DNA from: Takakia lepidozioides
Lineage: Eukaryota; Plantae; Bryophyta
Reading direction: 5' to 3'
Length of the DNA: 64,000 bases
Assembly (NCBI GenBank): GCA_030704615.1
Contig: CM060732.1
Coordinates: 46,314,001-46,378,000 of the forward strand
The notes beneath the pieces are model-generated. The model made no database searches. It was not told where the DNA came from and was given only the letters and a program-made list of their open reading frames with translations. Numbering within the stretch: position 1 is the stretch's first letter; each line of letters opens with the position of its first letter. Made by a program: the position numbers and the translations under genes. This document shows positions 23,801 through 36,422 of the stretch, piece by piece.

Positions 23801-26800
23801 AATCCATTCCTTAACGCAATCTAATGCTGGAGGGTGGTTACAGGAGGGGTTGGATGCACTCTCTGATGTTATTTATCATATTGAGACTTACGACGTGACA
23901 ACGATCCGAGCCAGTACTCCCATGTTCTTGATGGCCCGCAAAATTAAGGCGCTTGGTGTGAAGATGGTACTCTCTGGCGAGGGCTCTGACGAAATCTTTG
24001 GTGGATACCTCTACTTCCACAAGGCTCCCAGTAAAGAGGAACTGCATCTTGAAACGTGTAGGAAGGTCTCTCTCTGTCTTTCTCTCCCTCATTCAGGACA
24101 GGAAGTCCCTCTGCCTTCACACTTGACATGTGGTATCAAAAGGAACTATTGTGGTTTCTGGCTTCAGAGTACGTCTTGAGGAATGGCACATAGGGAAATT
24201 CCGGCCCTTTGTTTTCCCCATCGTGTATGGGGAGTGTAAGGTCATCCAAATTCACATGGAGAGCAAAGTCTTGCAGGTCATTGCAGTGGTGCCCAATTAA
24301 GGTGGATGTCTCATGGACAGATAAAGGCGTTGCACCTGTACGATTGCCTGAGGGCTAACAAGTCCACATCAGCATGGGGTGTGGAAGCGCGAGTGCCCTT
24401 TTTGGACAAAGATTTCATTGATCTTGCCATGTCGATTGACCCTGCTGAGAAAATGGTTCGTTTGTGGTTCGTTTGTCTCTTCTGTACCTGCTGTACCTGC
24501 TCTGCCAGTATTTGTCTAGGCGGTCTTTTTGTTTGAATCATGGAACCTACAACTTATTAAAGTTGAGTGTGAGTCTTGGCTTGCAACCTTTGTTGGAGAC
24601 GCTTCTACATGGCAAGCCAAGCTGTGGGGCTGACGACATGACCAGCTTGTGCATGTAATAAGCTGTAGGACACAAAACAAAATCCCCAACTCTATAGGGG
24701 AAGAATCAGGCAGAATATGTGCTGATGTCATTGTTAGGGGGCACTGAAAGTTAAGATATTGTTGTTGCTATCTTTTTTTTCTATTCTCTAGCGTTGTCAT
24801 AGTACTATGTATGATGCTTTGTGATTCCACAACTAGTCACCCTATCTAAGCTGTGAAACGTGGTACAGGTCCACCTGAAAGAAGGGCGAATGGAGAAGTG
24901 GGTGCTGCGCAAAGCATTTGATGATGAAAAAAAACCCTATCTGCCTCAGGTGAACTTCGCTGCCTACACTTTCACTGCACTACGCTCATGATCTTCTTGA
25001 AATCCCCTCTTCTGTCATCCCCACATTTGTCATATCTGTTTCAAGCCAGAGTGCTATGATGTATCTCATATTCTATAGCATGAGGTCAATGGTAGTGTGT
25101 ATGTTTAACAATATTGTTAGTTCCCTGTTACCGTATTGTTGCCAGCTGTGCCTATGCTCTGGCAAGGCCAGGTTGAGTCTCATACACCAGAAATGGGTGT
25201 GGGGCAGCACATTTTGTACAGGCAAAAGGAGCAATTTAGTGATGGGGTTGGCTACAGCTGGATCGATGGTCTTAAGGAACATGCAGCCAGTCATGTAATT
25301 TTCTCTTCCCCCCCTTTCTCTCTCTGTGCGGCCCCCTCTTCTGTAGGATATAGACTCTCAGCCCATTCAATGTTCATTCCGTGTGACATTGGTGTCGTTG
25401 GCGCATGCAAAGTCCTCTGGCAATGGAGGCTGAATTTCCTACCCCAAGTGGGTTTTTTTATAACAATCAAGCTTCAGGACAGATAGTATGCAGCAGGGAC
25501 TTGTCCTCATTGGTAGGTGATACTCACATTGAATGTATACTTCTCTCTTGTTGAAACTTGAACTCTGCTCGAACTGGGTGCGGGGTCAATGGCCACAAGG
25601 CTACGGCAAACAACATCTTATGAGTACATTCTCTTGTTGAAACTTTTTCGCTCAAACTGGGCGCGGGGTCAATGGCCACAAGGCTACGGCAAACAATGTC
25701 TTATGAGTACATTCTCTTGTTGAAACTCAAAAAGTTCCTGTTAATGGGAATTAGAAACGTAAGGCCGAAAGGAGCGTTGGTTAGTGGAGGTCTGCAATGT
25801 TGCTAATTGCTTGCTGTGGGGCAGAATCTGTTTTGCTGGGTCATCTTAACTCCGTGGACATTTTGTGCATGGTCTTTTTGAGACGTTGCCCAACTACAGC
25901 CTGAACTAAAAAAATACTCCCTCTCCTTTAATCAAAGTGTTTTGCTGAGTGTGGAGGAGCAGCATGCCCTGTGGCTAGGGTACACAATTCAGGAGCCCCG
26001 TTTCAGGAAAAATTTCAAAGTATTTAAAATCTCAAGAATTGCCTTTCCCTGTAGTTATTTTCGGATCCTTAGCAATCTTTTTGCTGACAGGGACTGCATT
26101 TTCTTCTGTGCAGGTGACAGATCAGATGATGGCCAACGCAATTCATGTCTATCCACACAACACCCCAGGCACCAAGGAAGCCTACTATTATCGCATGCTA
26201 TTCGAAAAATCTTTTCCCCAAGTCAGTGCCAGTTTGTTGTTATGCTTTTACAGACTTCTTTGCATCACATGTGTCAGGCACAGTTGTATATTTGGGAATC
26301 AACCCCTGTCATTTGTTCTAGGTGACTGTCTGCCAATGCTGCTGCATGGATATTTGAATTTACCAACACCGTGGTAATTCTTACTTGTGCCAAATAAGTC
26401 TGTCTTACAGATTAACAATTGGACGGGTGTAGGAGACCTGGACAGTTTCTTACTTTGGTCAAGGACAAATTACTGTGTTACGCAAGGCCTTGCATACCAA
26501 ATGCTCAGATATCTATGTTTACAACTCAGCCAGCAGCTAACAGATTGCCTTAAGGTTGCCTCTCCATCTACAACCCCAGTCACCTGAATCCGCCAGCACC
26601 AATTCACTCTTTCACCCATTTGTTTATATCAGTAGTGGGTGAAGATTATGGTTTGCAGATGCAAACCAGTCACCCACCATTTCCTGGTGGTAATCCTGAA
26701 TTAAAATTAGTGGATTCAGGGTGCGTGGGTGTAGATGGAGACACCCCCTATGGCACCTTGTGCAGTTTGGAGCTAAATTCCCACAGGCGTATGTTCTGGC

Positions 26801-27203
26801 AAATTAATAGAAATGTAATCAAGTCAAATTTATGCACAATAGTTGGCCAGTTTTTTCTCTTTTTGGTCCTTTCTCACTGTACTTCTCTTCTCTTCTCTTT
26901 GTACATATGTGGGCACTGTCTAACACAGTAGTATGTGGATGGCAGCAATCAGCGCGGTTGACAGTGCCAGGGGGGCCTAGTGTGGCTTGCAGTACAGCTG
27001 CAGCCATAGCCTGGGATGAGGCATGGTCTAAAAACCTGGATCCTTCAGGCAGGGCAGCTGCAGGTGTGCATGTGGCAGCCTACGAGGATGAGGCTCCTGT
27101 GGGAGTTGCAAACAACACCACTCGTGAGATTTTAGAAGAAACACTCAGCAAAAAGCCCAGGCTAGATGGCAGTATTCTAGAAGTACCTGCTTTGGTGGGA
27201 TGA
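20854..27203 (+). CDS. ASN: Glutamine-dependent asparagine synthetase, 14 exons
   Basis: Starts MCGILAILG. Exons 20854-20933, 21101-21245, 21436-21531, 21723-21864, 22051-22146, 22236-22330, 22747-22908, 23381-23461, 23844-24065, 24321-24455, 24869-24949, 25208-25294, 26114-26221, 26946-27203. Motifs [40 protein letters not shown]. Confidence 0.97.
25545..25727 (+). mobile_element. Two ~70-bp LINE 3' ends in an ASN intron with a triplicated target site
   Basis: ctcttgttgaaact occurs at 25545, 25631 and 25714, bracketing two copies of ggggtcaatggccacaaggctacggcaaacaa...tcttatgagtacatt. Confidence 0.85.
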
Positions 27204-29330
27204 GGACCATGGAGCTGAAAACTGATATTAAGGTAGCAAGCATGTTGTAAGCTTATCAGTGCTGATCCTAGTGAGCAATCACAAGCTCTGTGAGCATGCT
27301 CCCTGCTGTATGACAACTGTCAGCAATTTACAGTGCTGACAGTATCCGACCACTGCTGTCATTCACCCAAAACTCTAGACTAAAAGCAAATCTAGTGGAT
27401 AGAACTATGCCTACTTTGTGGTAGCATGTGTGGGGCTTCTCCGTTTTCCCAGACTATTGACAGATGGTTGTGCTGCAAGTGCAATTCCCAGATTCTAGAT
27501 TTCCTTCAGAGCCAAGTCTAGTTAGTGTTTGGTTCAAATATGTTGACAATGGCAGGGCAATGGGTGTGGCTTCTGGGGACATCCCAAACAGCATTGTTGG
27601 GACCTGTCAACTTTGTGCTTCAGCTTGGAGCTGTGTTAGTCTAGTCAAACTGCAAATGAGTCTGAAAGCATGATCTTGGAGGTGGTGTAGGATCTCAGCA
27701 AACATCTAAGCTTATTATGTCCATATATGAGACCAGTGCCCCACCTTGCAACTCACCTACTCTTCATATCGGTTTGGTCAAACATAAGCCCTGTAATGTT
27801 CAAGCTGTAGGTTTTCTTGGGTGTCATCCGCAGGGGGGTGACTTGTGGTTGCAAGAGGTCTGTTTCCAATAGCAGTACTTTGGTGAAGTTGCATCAGTGG
27901 ATTACATGCTCTTCATTGCGCCCGGCTCCGATGCTTGCTGAATAGTCCACAAACAATGTTTGCTGAAAGGTCTACAGACACATTCTCTGCCAAAACCTTG
28001 GATACATCAAGGTAAGGCATCTCTCTTTGAACCAACCTGCTCCTTCCAATGCTTTTGGGTGGTTGGATGCTAAGGAGAGATAAAATTGCAGAAAAAGACC
28101 AATCTACAACCTCCACTCCATGTATCTCTGTACTACGCTACAAAGATATGGAGAGTCTTGCCTACAAACATTACACAAGTCTGTTTGGGTTGAATAAATC
28201 AGTCCCTGCATGCTCTGCATGTTGCCATTGACGATATTGATTGGACCTTGTTGATCATTTCTATTCATGCAAGCCAAATAAAGATCATCAAATCCACCAG
28301 TATTTTAGATCACATTGCCATTCTCATGCCCATTAATTAATTCAACCTGTGAGACAGGGACTGCTTTTTGCCGCTCCATGAAATTGCCGAGAAGTTGACT
28401 CCTACATTGTAGCATCTGGATGAACCTCAACAATATTTGACATGTCAAAGATAATATTGGCTCGGGCTCTTGATGTGTTGTAGCATCAGGATGATTATAG
28501 GTGGTACCACGCAAAATGACCAACAATTCAACAGCTGATGAAGCTGTTGTGCCCTCAAGTGGAGCACTCAAGTAATAATTTACATCCCGATCCATATCTC
28601 CAGTAGCAACCATATGCAAATCCATATATGAAGCGAGACGTTTGTTTTGTTTTGTTTTGTTTTGTAGCGTCGTTGAGATCTCCCAAACCGCGGGGCCCAG
28701 CGCGGGTGCTTGGTGCCGTTGGAAAGCCCTCAATGAGGAGGGGTGCACCGGCTTGGTCTCATGAATTCTGGACCAGCGGTGTGGGAGATGTGGAATTCCA
28801 AGTACTTTGGGTCGCTGGAAATTCACAAAAAATAAGAAAGTGGGCTTTCCTAGCGCACTAAAGTTGGCCCTTCACTTGGGAGATTTGGAATTTCAAGTGC
28901 TTTTGGTCGCTGAAAATTTGCAAAAAATAGACAAGTGGATATATCAATATATGAAGCCTCAACAGGGGAGATTGCAAAAATAGCAAAGTGGGCTTTGTTC
29001 GAATAATGACGTGGAGATCATCTCCCAAACTGCAGGGTCTTTGGATCCATAAGGGATTGACATTGGACACAGGAAGTCGCAATTGGGCCTCTACATGGAA
29101 GAAGCACTTGGATACATAGGATCTTGCACTTGGGCTTAGATTTCAATTCTTCACACATGGGCCAATGGCATAAGCTACCCTAAGCCTAGATTTCCCAAAC
29201 AGGAGGGTCTCTGGATACATAGGGGATTGCACCTGGACTTACTTGGGCCAACAGTACATGCTACCCTAGAGCTCCCAAACTGCAGGGCCTCTAGATATGT
29301 AGGGGATTGCACTTGGACTTAGATGGTACT

Positions 29331-29491
29331 ATAGCCCAGTGGTAAGGGCATATACCCTCTTACAAGTGGTTGTGGATTCAAACCACCCTGTTGGTTGTTA
29401 TAAAGGTGTCCACCTTCCTATTGAAGGCAGTAGCCCTTCTGGGTCAAGTGACACCATAAGTTACGCTTGTTTTGGCAACGCGTCCACCTTT
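29331..29491 (+). mobile_element. tRNA-derived, T-tailed SINE
   Basis: A box tagcccagtgg, B box gattcaaacc, ends ccaccttttt. TSD ttagatgg(t/c)act on both sides. Confidence 0.75.
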
Positions 29492-29916
29492 TTAGATGGC
29501 ACTGGACACTTCCTACGGCACACAGGCTACCCTAGAGGTTGTATTTGGACCTTGACATAGGAGACGCACTTTGATACATAGTTGATTGCACTTGGACTTA
29601 GATGACATTGGACACTTGGGCCAACGGCATAGCCTACCCTAGTCAATATATGAAGCGAGACGTTTGTTTTGTTTTGTTTTGTTTTGTTTGTAGCGTCGTT
29701 GAGATGTCCCAAACCGCAAGGCCCCAGCCCTGGTGCTTGGTACCATTGGAAATGCCTCAACGAGGAGGGGTGCACGGGCTTGCTCTCATGATGTTTGGAC
29801 CTGGTGGGAGATGTGGAATTCCAAGTATTTTTGGTCACTGAAAATTCACAAAAAATAGCAAAAATGGCAAAGTGGGGATTCTTGGGACAATGGTTGGAGC
29901 CTCGACGGGAGAGATA

Positions 29917-30125
29917 AAAAAAAAAAAAGGGTGGACGCGTTGCCGAAGCAAGTGTAACTTATGGTGTCACTTGACCCAGAAGGCCTATTGTCTTCCAGTA
30001 GGAAGGTTGACACCTTTTGTAACAACCAACGTGTAGCCTAGTGGTAAGGGCATAAACTCTCTTATGAGTGGTTGTGGGATATCAAGGGAAAGGTCTCCGG
30101 TTCAAATCTGGTCGTAGGCTCTGTG
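29917..30125. mobile_element. Rearranged SINE copy: inverted 3' half fused to a forward 5' half
   Basis: 29930-30030 is the reverse complement of ~29390-29490. 30033-30080 repeats the A-box head tagcctagtggtaagggcata. Confidence 0.65.
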
Positions 30126-33100
30126 AAAAAAACTTACTTAAATGACATTGGACACTTGAGCCAACGGCATAGGCTGCCCTAGATGTTGCATTTGGGCCTC
30201 GACATAGGAGACGCACTTTGATAGATACGGGATTGCACTTGGACTTAGAGGACACTGGACACTTGGGCCAACGGCACAGGCTATCCTAGTAGCAGTTAAA
30301 ATAATCCTATGTATTTTTAAAATTAATTATATATATATATATATATAATTTACCGAACAAGGGGCAAGGCCCTGATAGTGCTTTTATTGATAAGATTATT
30401 GAAGGGAAAAAATTAAACCCTTTAAGTGCCCGAAGGCTGCCATAAGGCTGATCTCACGGTTTGCCGTGCTGGATAACTCTCAAACAGTGAACACATTATT
30501 GGGTACGTTACAGACTCCTGAAAATAACCTCTCTCCCACAGTGAGAGGAATCCTACCAATAAACTGGCATATCATGAAATTAACATGGTTTTGAACCAAA
30601 AAGAAGATGCTTATGGTATCAAGACCAAAAAGAGAGTAGATGAGAAAAGATGAGAGGGCAGGCGATTGGAGATGGCGAGAGAGGAAGGTCAGCCATAGAG
30701 GGGCACAAGTGGAAGGTATCGATGGGCCCTAGCAAAGCACTGAAGACATTCTATCTATGAAAGCAAAGCTTGGCCGAGGATGTGGGCCTGATGTGCTTCC
30801 AATTGACATCGGATCTTTCAAACTCAGGGGAAGCTGAAGATCTTGGATCTGAGTCCCTGCCAAGAGTGTGGAACTGAGTCTACCCATACACAGGTGAGAT
30901 CATAAGCGCAGCTACAAATGACCCCATGCTTCCCCATGTTGTTCGGAAGGCATGGAGGAGGGCTGGCTGACGCTGCGGCTTCCTGATAGCCTAAGGATTG
31001 GTGAGGAGTGTTGGGGTGCAGTGTTTGGAGTAGGTGACGGTAGCGGCATGTGGATTGGGAGATGGGAGGCCGCCGGACGGTGAAGAAAGTGAACTGTCTA
31101 GGGGAGCATCAGAGGCATCCGCTGCAGGTTGGAGGAACTCGATGTTGAGATTGCTCCCATTGGATTGTAGTTGTAAAGCATATTGAAGCCTGGCTTGGAA
31201 GCTTCTTTGATGTGTAGCCTCTCGATCTCCTCGTTTTGGGCTAGCCCCTTGGTTTCCAGAATGGCGTGGAGAATGATGAAAGCATTATGGAGGGCGTCAT
31301 TTGTTCTGGAGAGAGCTTTGTTGGTTGTGCAGGGGTCATCAAAAATGAGGTGGCTCCGCCCAGATTCCTGGTAGAGTGAACTCGCTATTGAGAAGCAATT
31401 TTTCGTCCATTAGAGCTAGGATGTGCATGGAGGGAGACAAGTCTTGGCTTAAACCAGGGAAAGCCTCTGGGTAGGAGCCCCAAGTGATGATCTCTTGAGA
31501 AGGAGGGGAATAAAACGGCAAGTTAGAGCTGAAGTAGTTTTGGATTTTGCCATAGAGGGTTGGAATTGGGCTGCTATCCATGGGAGTTTTGGACATGAAA
31601 GAATGGACATCGAGAAGTGTAATCCAGAGTGATTCCAGGTTCATTCCATCCCTTGATGTGATGAGAAATGCGGGTCTAGGTTTTCTCCTAAAAACCATGG
31701 GTGTGATACAGGTGGCATTGGGCTCTCCAGATGATGTGAGCTGCGAGCAGCCTCTTAGGGAGAGAGTGGGATAAGATTGCAGTTTGCTACAGATAGATGC
31801 AATAACAGGGTCGTGGGCAATGGGAGACGCTCACTGGATGGAAGTGAAAGCTGAACCCAGCTGCTTGGACTTCCTGTTATCAAAATTGGAGGCTACTGCT
31901 TTCCCTTTCATGTCTGCAATGTCCGTCCTATTACTGCCTTCTCCCATATTTCCAGGTGCCTTGTTGACAGATCTGGAGGATGCTTCAAGAAGCATTGGGT
32001 CCAGAATTTCCTTTCTTTTCTTTGCCGGAGGGGAGGAGGAGATTTGGACGCATGCGGAATCCTTGACCTGGAAGACAACATCCCGATGGCTAGTAAGTAG
32101 GGGCAGTCCTTGTGGCTCGTGGCTATGATAGAAAATTGGAGGACTAGCCGCAGCGTTGCGGTTGAAGCACCCCTGCTGATGTGTGCCAAAAACTGGATCT
32201 GAACTGGGATGAAAGGATGCTTGCGCAGATCCCAGATTGGCATTGTCATTTTTCCTTTTGGCCTTTAGGTGACCAGATAGTCCACAATAATAACAAACCG
32301 ATGAAGATGTATCCTCGGACACCTTGACTGAATAAAAGTTCTCTTTGTTGTCTATTGGCAATTTTATGAAGTCTGGGAGCACTGAGTCATTTGACATCAT
32401 AATTGCAATCCTTGGAAATCCATTCTCATTGATTCTAGATGTAATGGTACTGCCTTTCCAAGTTGGGTAGTTTTTTAATGACTCCATATTGGAGCAGGGA
32501 TTGAAGACACCAATGCACCCCAAGAATACTCCAAAGAAGTTACCAATTTTTGGCAGGTAAAAGAGATATTGATCTGGGATGTAGGGTAGGGAGATGATTC
32601 TTGGACTCCAGATCTTGCCGTTACAGTTTTCCATAGCCTTTGACCATGGAAAGATGTTTACATTGAAACCATGCAAGTGCGGATTAAATGCCAAGGCTCG
32701 GCCTACTGCCTCCTTAGAATCCAACAAAATCGAGAAGAAGCCTCTCCCTCTAGCCTGGCAGAAGTGGTGGAGAAGATCCCCCGACACTAATACAGAAACC
32801 GGTTTTTTTAACGGCTCTTCTCACACATTTTGGTGTGAAAAGAGCCCAAGTTCACACCCCCCCTTGGTGTTAGGTTAACCTAGTCCTTTGCACCACATGT
32901 GAACTTTCTTGGTCCTGTGAAAAAAACCATCTCACACCAAACTTGCACCTGATGTGGCAGTAGGTTTAGGTGGCTCTTTTGACGGATATTTTGACGGCCG
33001 TTTTGACTGGTTAGTTCAACTACTATTTTGACTAAGTAATCTTAATGGTCTTTCTACGGTACTTATTACACCTCATTGCCACCATGTCTGCCACATGTAT

Positions 33101-35986
33101 GTCAAAGGGAATGCCACGTAATAGAGTCCATCAGAATTATTAAATAAATAATAGATATTAAGGGCTCTTCTTACGGATTCTCTCACACATATTTAACACC
33201 AGGTTCAAGTCGTGGTGTGATCGCAATGACACTAGTGTGAATACTGTCATATCCATTGTTTTGTTCCTATTGGACGAAAAGTAAACAATTATTATTTGTT
33301 GACAAATGCCAAAATGAATAGTCATATTATTATTATTATTATTATTCTTATTCTTATTCTTATAATAAATGGGATAGCACCCCAAAAGCCATTGGCTGCT
33401 TGATTTAATATGTAATATATTATTATTTTAGAATTATTATTTGTTTTGTTTCATTTAAACAAAAGCTTATTTAAAACAGGGATAATAATTGTATTATTAA
33501 CCACATTGACCAATAGTAATGTTATTAATATTAAATATAGCAAACAGCAAAATACCACATTCATGTCTACACAAGAAAAATTTGGCTTGATGTGGGAAAA
33601 TGAAGTTGCCCTTGAACAAGGGGATCTTGTGATCATACATGAGAATAGCAAGAGCATCAATTCAAAAAATACTGTTCATGTGAGAAGAGCTGTTTTGTTC
33701 ACCTGTCTCAGCAACCCTCAATCCATAAAGAAAATTAAACTAAACTTGTAGCACCTTCAATATCACGCGTGTTTAAGAAACTTTTCAGACCATAAGGTGG
33801 AACTTCCCTGCGTGTCACCCAATGTGGTATAATTAGGGGTAACAGAGTAGTCCGGGTACGGCAACACAACCTCTGAAATATTGGATTACTGACATGGAAT
33901 CATCAAAGTCCACGACAGTTTGTTGCCCTTCAGGCTTCACATTATTTCACATGGATACGGTAATAGTTGTCTGGCACATTTGCTTTCGGAAATCCAGCAA
34001 TATATCCCACACCTGCCCTTCTTTTTGGTGCACAAGGATCAAACAATAACACCTTGTCGCCGATCTGAAACTGCAACAAAAACCAGATTCCTATATCAGA
34101 AATGAACCCTGGAGAACAGAGACTGACAGCTTGACACTCCTGCAAAATGACATTGAAGTTCTTCCAACAAACACCCCAACCCTACCTATTGCAGTACTTC
34201 CAATTCCGAATTGCATTTGCTTGTCTCTATACTACATGCTGACATGATCAAAGTTGGAACGGAGCCATACCTAGTTGGTAGCAGGTTATGCATGGTCAAC
34301 ATGGATGTGGTAGGACGATGTCACAAAACTACCTTTGTAGGTTGTTGGGCCTGCAGCTATGTGGCGATATATAAGAGGTGTATTGATCCAGCATCAGACA
34401 AGGAAACAAAATTGCACAAATGAAGTACTTACACTGTGCGGATTTTGTTGGTCACCCTGTGGTTCAGTTAGATTCACTGTGGTTGTAGTCTGATTGATAG
34501 CACATATTGTACTATCCCTGTCCATTGAACGCTTCACTGGTTTCACCATCTGTATATTGAATGACACAACGATCAAAAAATGAGAATAGCACGAATGACA
34601 CACATTGTGAAGTAGCATTAACAATACAAATCCACCCACGCGCCCATGCATTGAAACTTTTGCTCTCACCTTTCTTTGATTATGCTTTGTTGTTGCATCG
34701 GGAGGCAAAGTTGTTGGAACTCTGACAGCAGGAAGCCTTGGTTCGGATGCCTTTGCAGATTGTTGTGATCCACTACCCATGGCTGCAGTATTGAACAAGT
34801 AGTTGGGCTGCCCATATCTGTATGGGTGCCCTGACACATACTCAGGGATGTGTGCAGCCTTGGATACACCCTCTAACCAAGGCAGTAATTCTTTCATAAG
34901 CCTCTTGCAGTTTGGCTGATCCCTCAACTTCCATGGATACGGGAAGATGCAATTATTTGCAGGGTTGGGTAAGCAAGTGAGTGGGGAATCGTCCACCAGC
35001 AAAGTATTGGTTGGATTGTAATGGCTGTAGTCCTTCCAAAACTTACATAAGTTCTTGTACATGACAGTTTTAGAAGGATTGAAAGGGTCCACCATTCCCA
35101 CAGGCTGGTCACAATAGTCTTGGTGAAGCACCATCTTTGGTTGCTTCCCACGAAACAAAGCTTTCACAACTGGAAGGACATTACTCAATGACATGGAAGA
35201 CCATACACCTACATCAAAAATCTGAAGGCATCAGTCCAGAAACTCCTGACACCCAGGTCTGGAGGTGACAGTGGGCTCTAGGTATTCCCTTGTTCGTAGT
35301 CTGCTCTCACATAACAATCCATTCAAGTCAAGTATAAGGATGTGTTTCTGCCTCTCAGTTGCCGAAGGGCAATTACCTACAACTTGTACATGATTATCAT
35401 GTACAAAAGACACACCTTTCTGTGGGGCACTCTGTAAATTCATGGAGACCTCACAGGCATATTGAGAGGGTAGTACATATGCCGGCAGTGCTACTGGTGT
35501 AGGGGACAACAAAACTGATGAACACTTTGCAGTTGCCTCAACAATATGGGGGGATGGATTGAGTTCACCTTTAGACCAACCCTCCATGTCATCATCCCCC
35601 TCCATTTCTGAAAGCCCAAACAATGAGCCTATTGTGTTTGGCTTTGGTGGCGGTGAAGAAACTGCCTTGAACAGGTTGAGTGGTGAGCCCATAACATGAG
35701 AAATAGTCTCATTTGTTGGATGTGGCGCAAAGGTGGTGCATGGTGGACCTGTAGGCTGTGAATCTGGCACATTCATGCCAAGTTTAGTTGCGAGCGCAAT
35801 GTTGAATGCAGCTGCTGCCTCCAGTTGGACTTGGACTGCTTCCAAAGCTGCCTTGGAGCTGGCTTCCATCTGCACTTCTTTGTTTTCCATAGCATCGAAG
35901 CGAGCTGCTAGTGAACCAATTCCCTGCCCCATCACATAGAACACCTCCAAAGTAACAATTCACTACACTGACTGCAATGCTCACTG

Positions 35987-36352
35987 GTGTGGGTGGCCTG
36001 AAGACAATGTCCATTTTCTGATACAAGTCCGGGGTATTCTCATCAGAGAGCGACCCTCTTCAGGACCATCAAGAACATAGTCCCTGCACCTCTGTTCACC
36101 AACTTTCAATATCTCAAGGCTGAGTCTAAAGCGGTGGCCTTGTTGGGGTCTCATTGCTTGGTAGCCCACATACAACATATTGATGCTTGTGTGAAGGGCT
36201 TTCTAAAAGGAATCTGGAAAGCCTGAACTAATGTTTATAACACGGTAAGTCCTACTACTAGAGTGAGCCCCTCATGTTTGTTCCCTCTTGTTCTGCTGGC
36301 CACGGGCAAGGTCTGTGGCCACAAGGCTATGATAAGCAACTTCTCAGGAGTG

Positions 36353-36422
<70 letters not shown>

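Larger units (their letters stand above)
28621..30289 (+). mobile_element. Helitron-like head-to-tail dimer with multiple 3' termini
   Basis: A|TC start at 28621, CTAG|T end at 30289, internal CTAG|TC junction at 29639-29644. Repeated hairpin-like gggccaacggca(c/t)agg + ctaccctag units. Confidence 0.7.
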
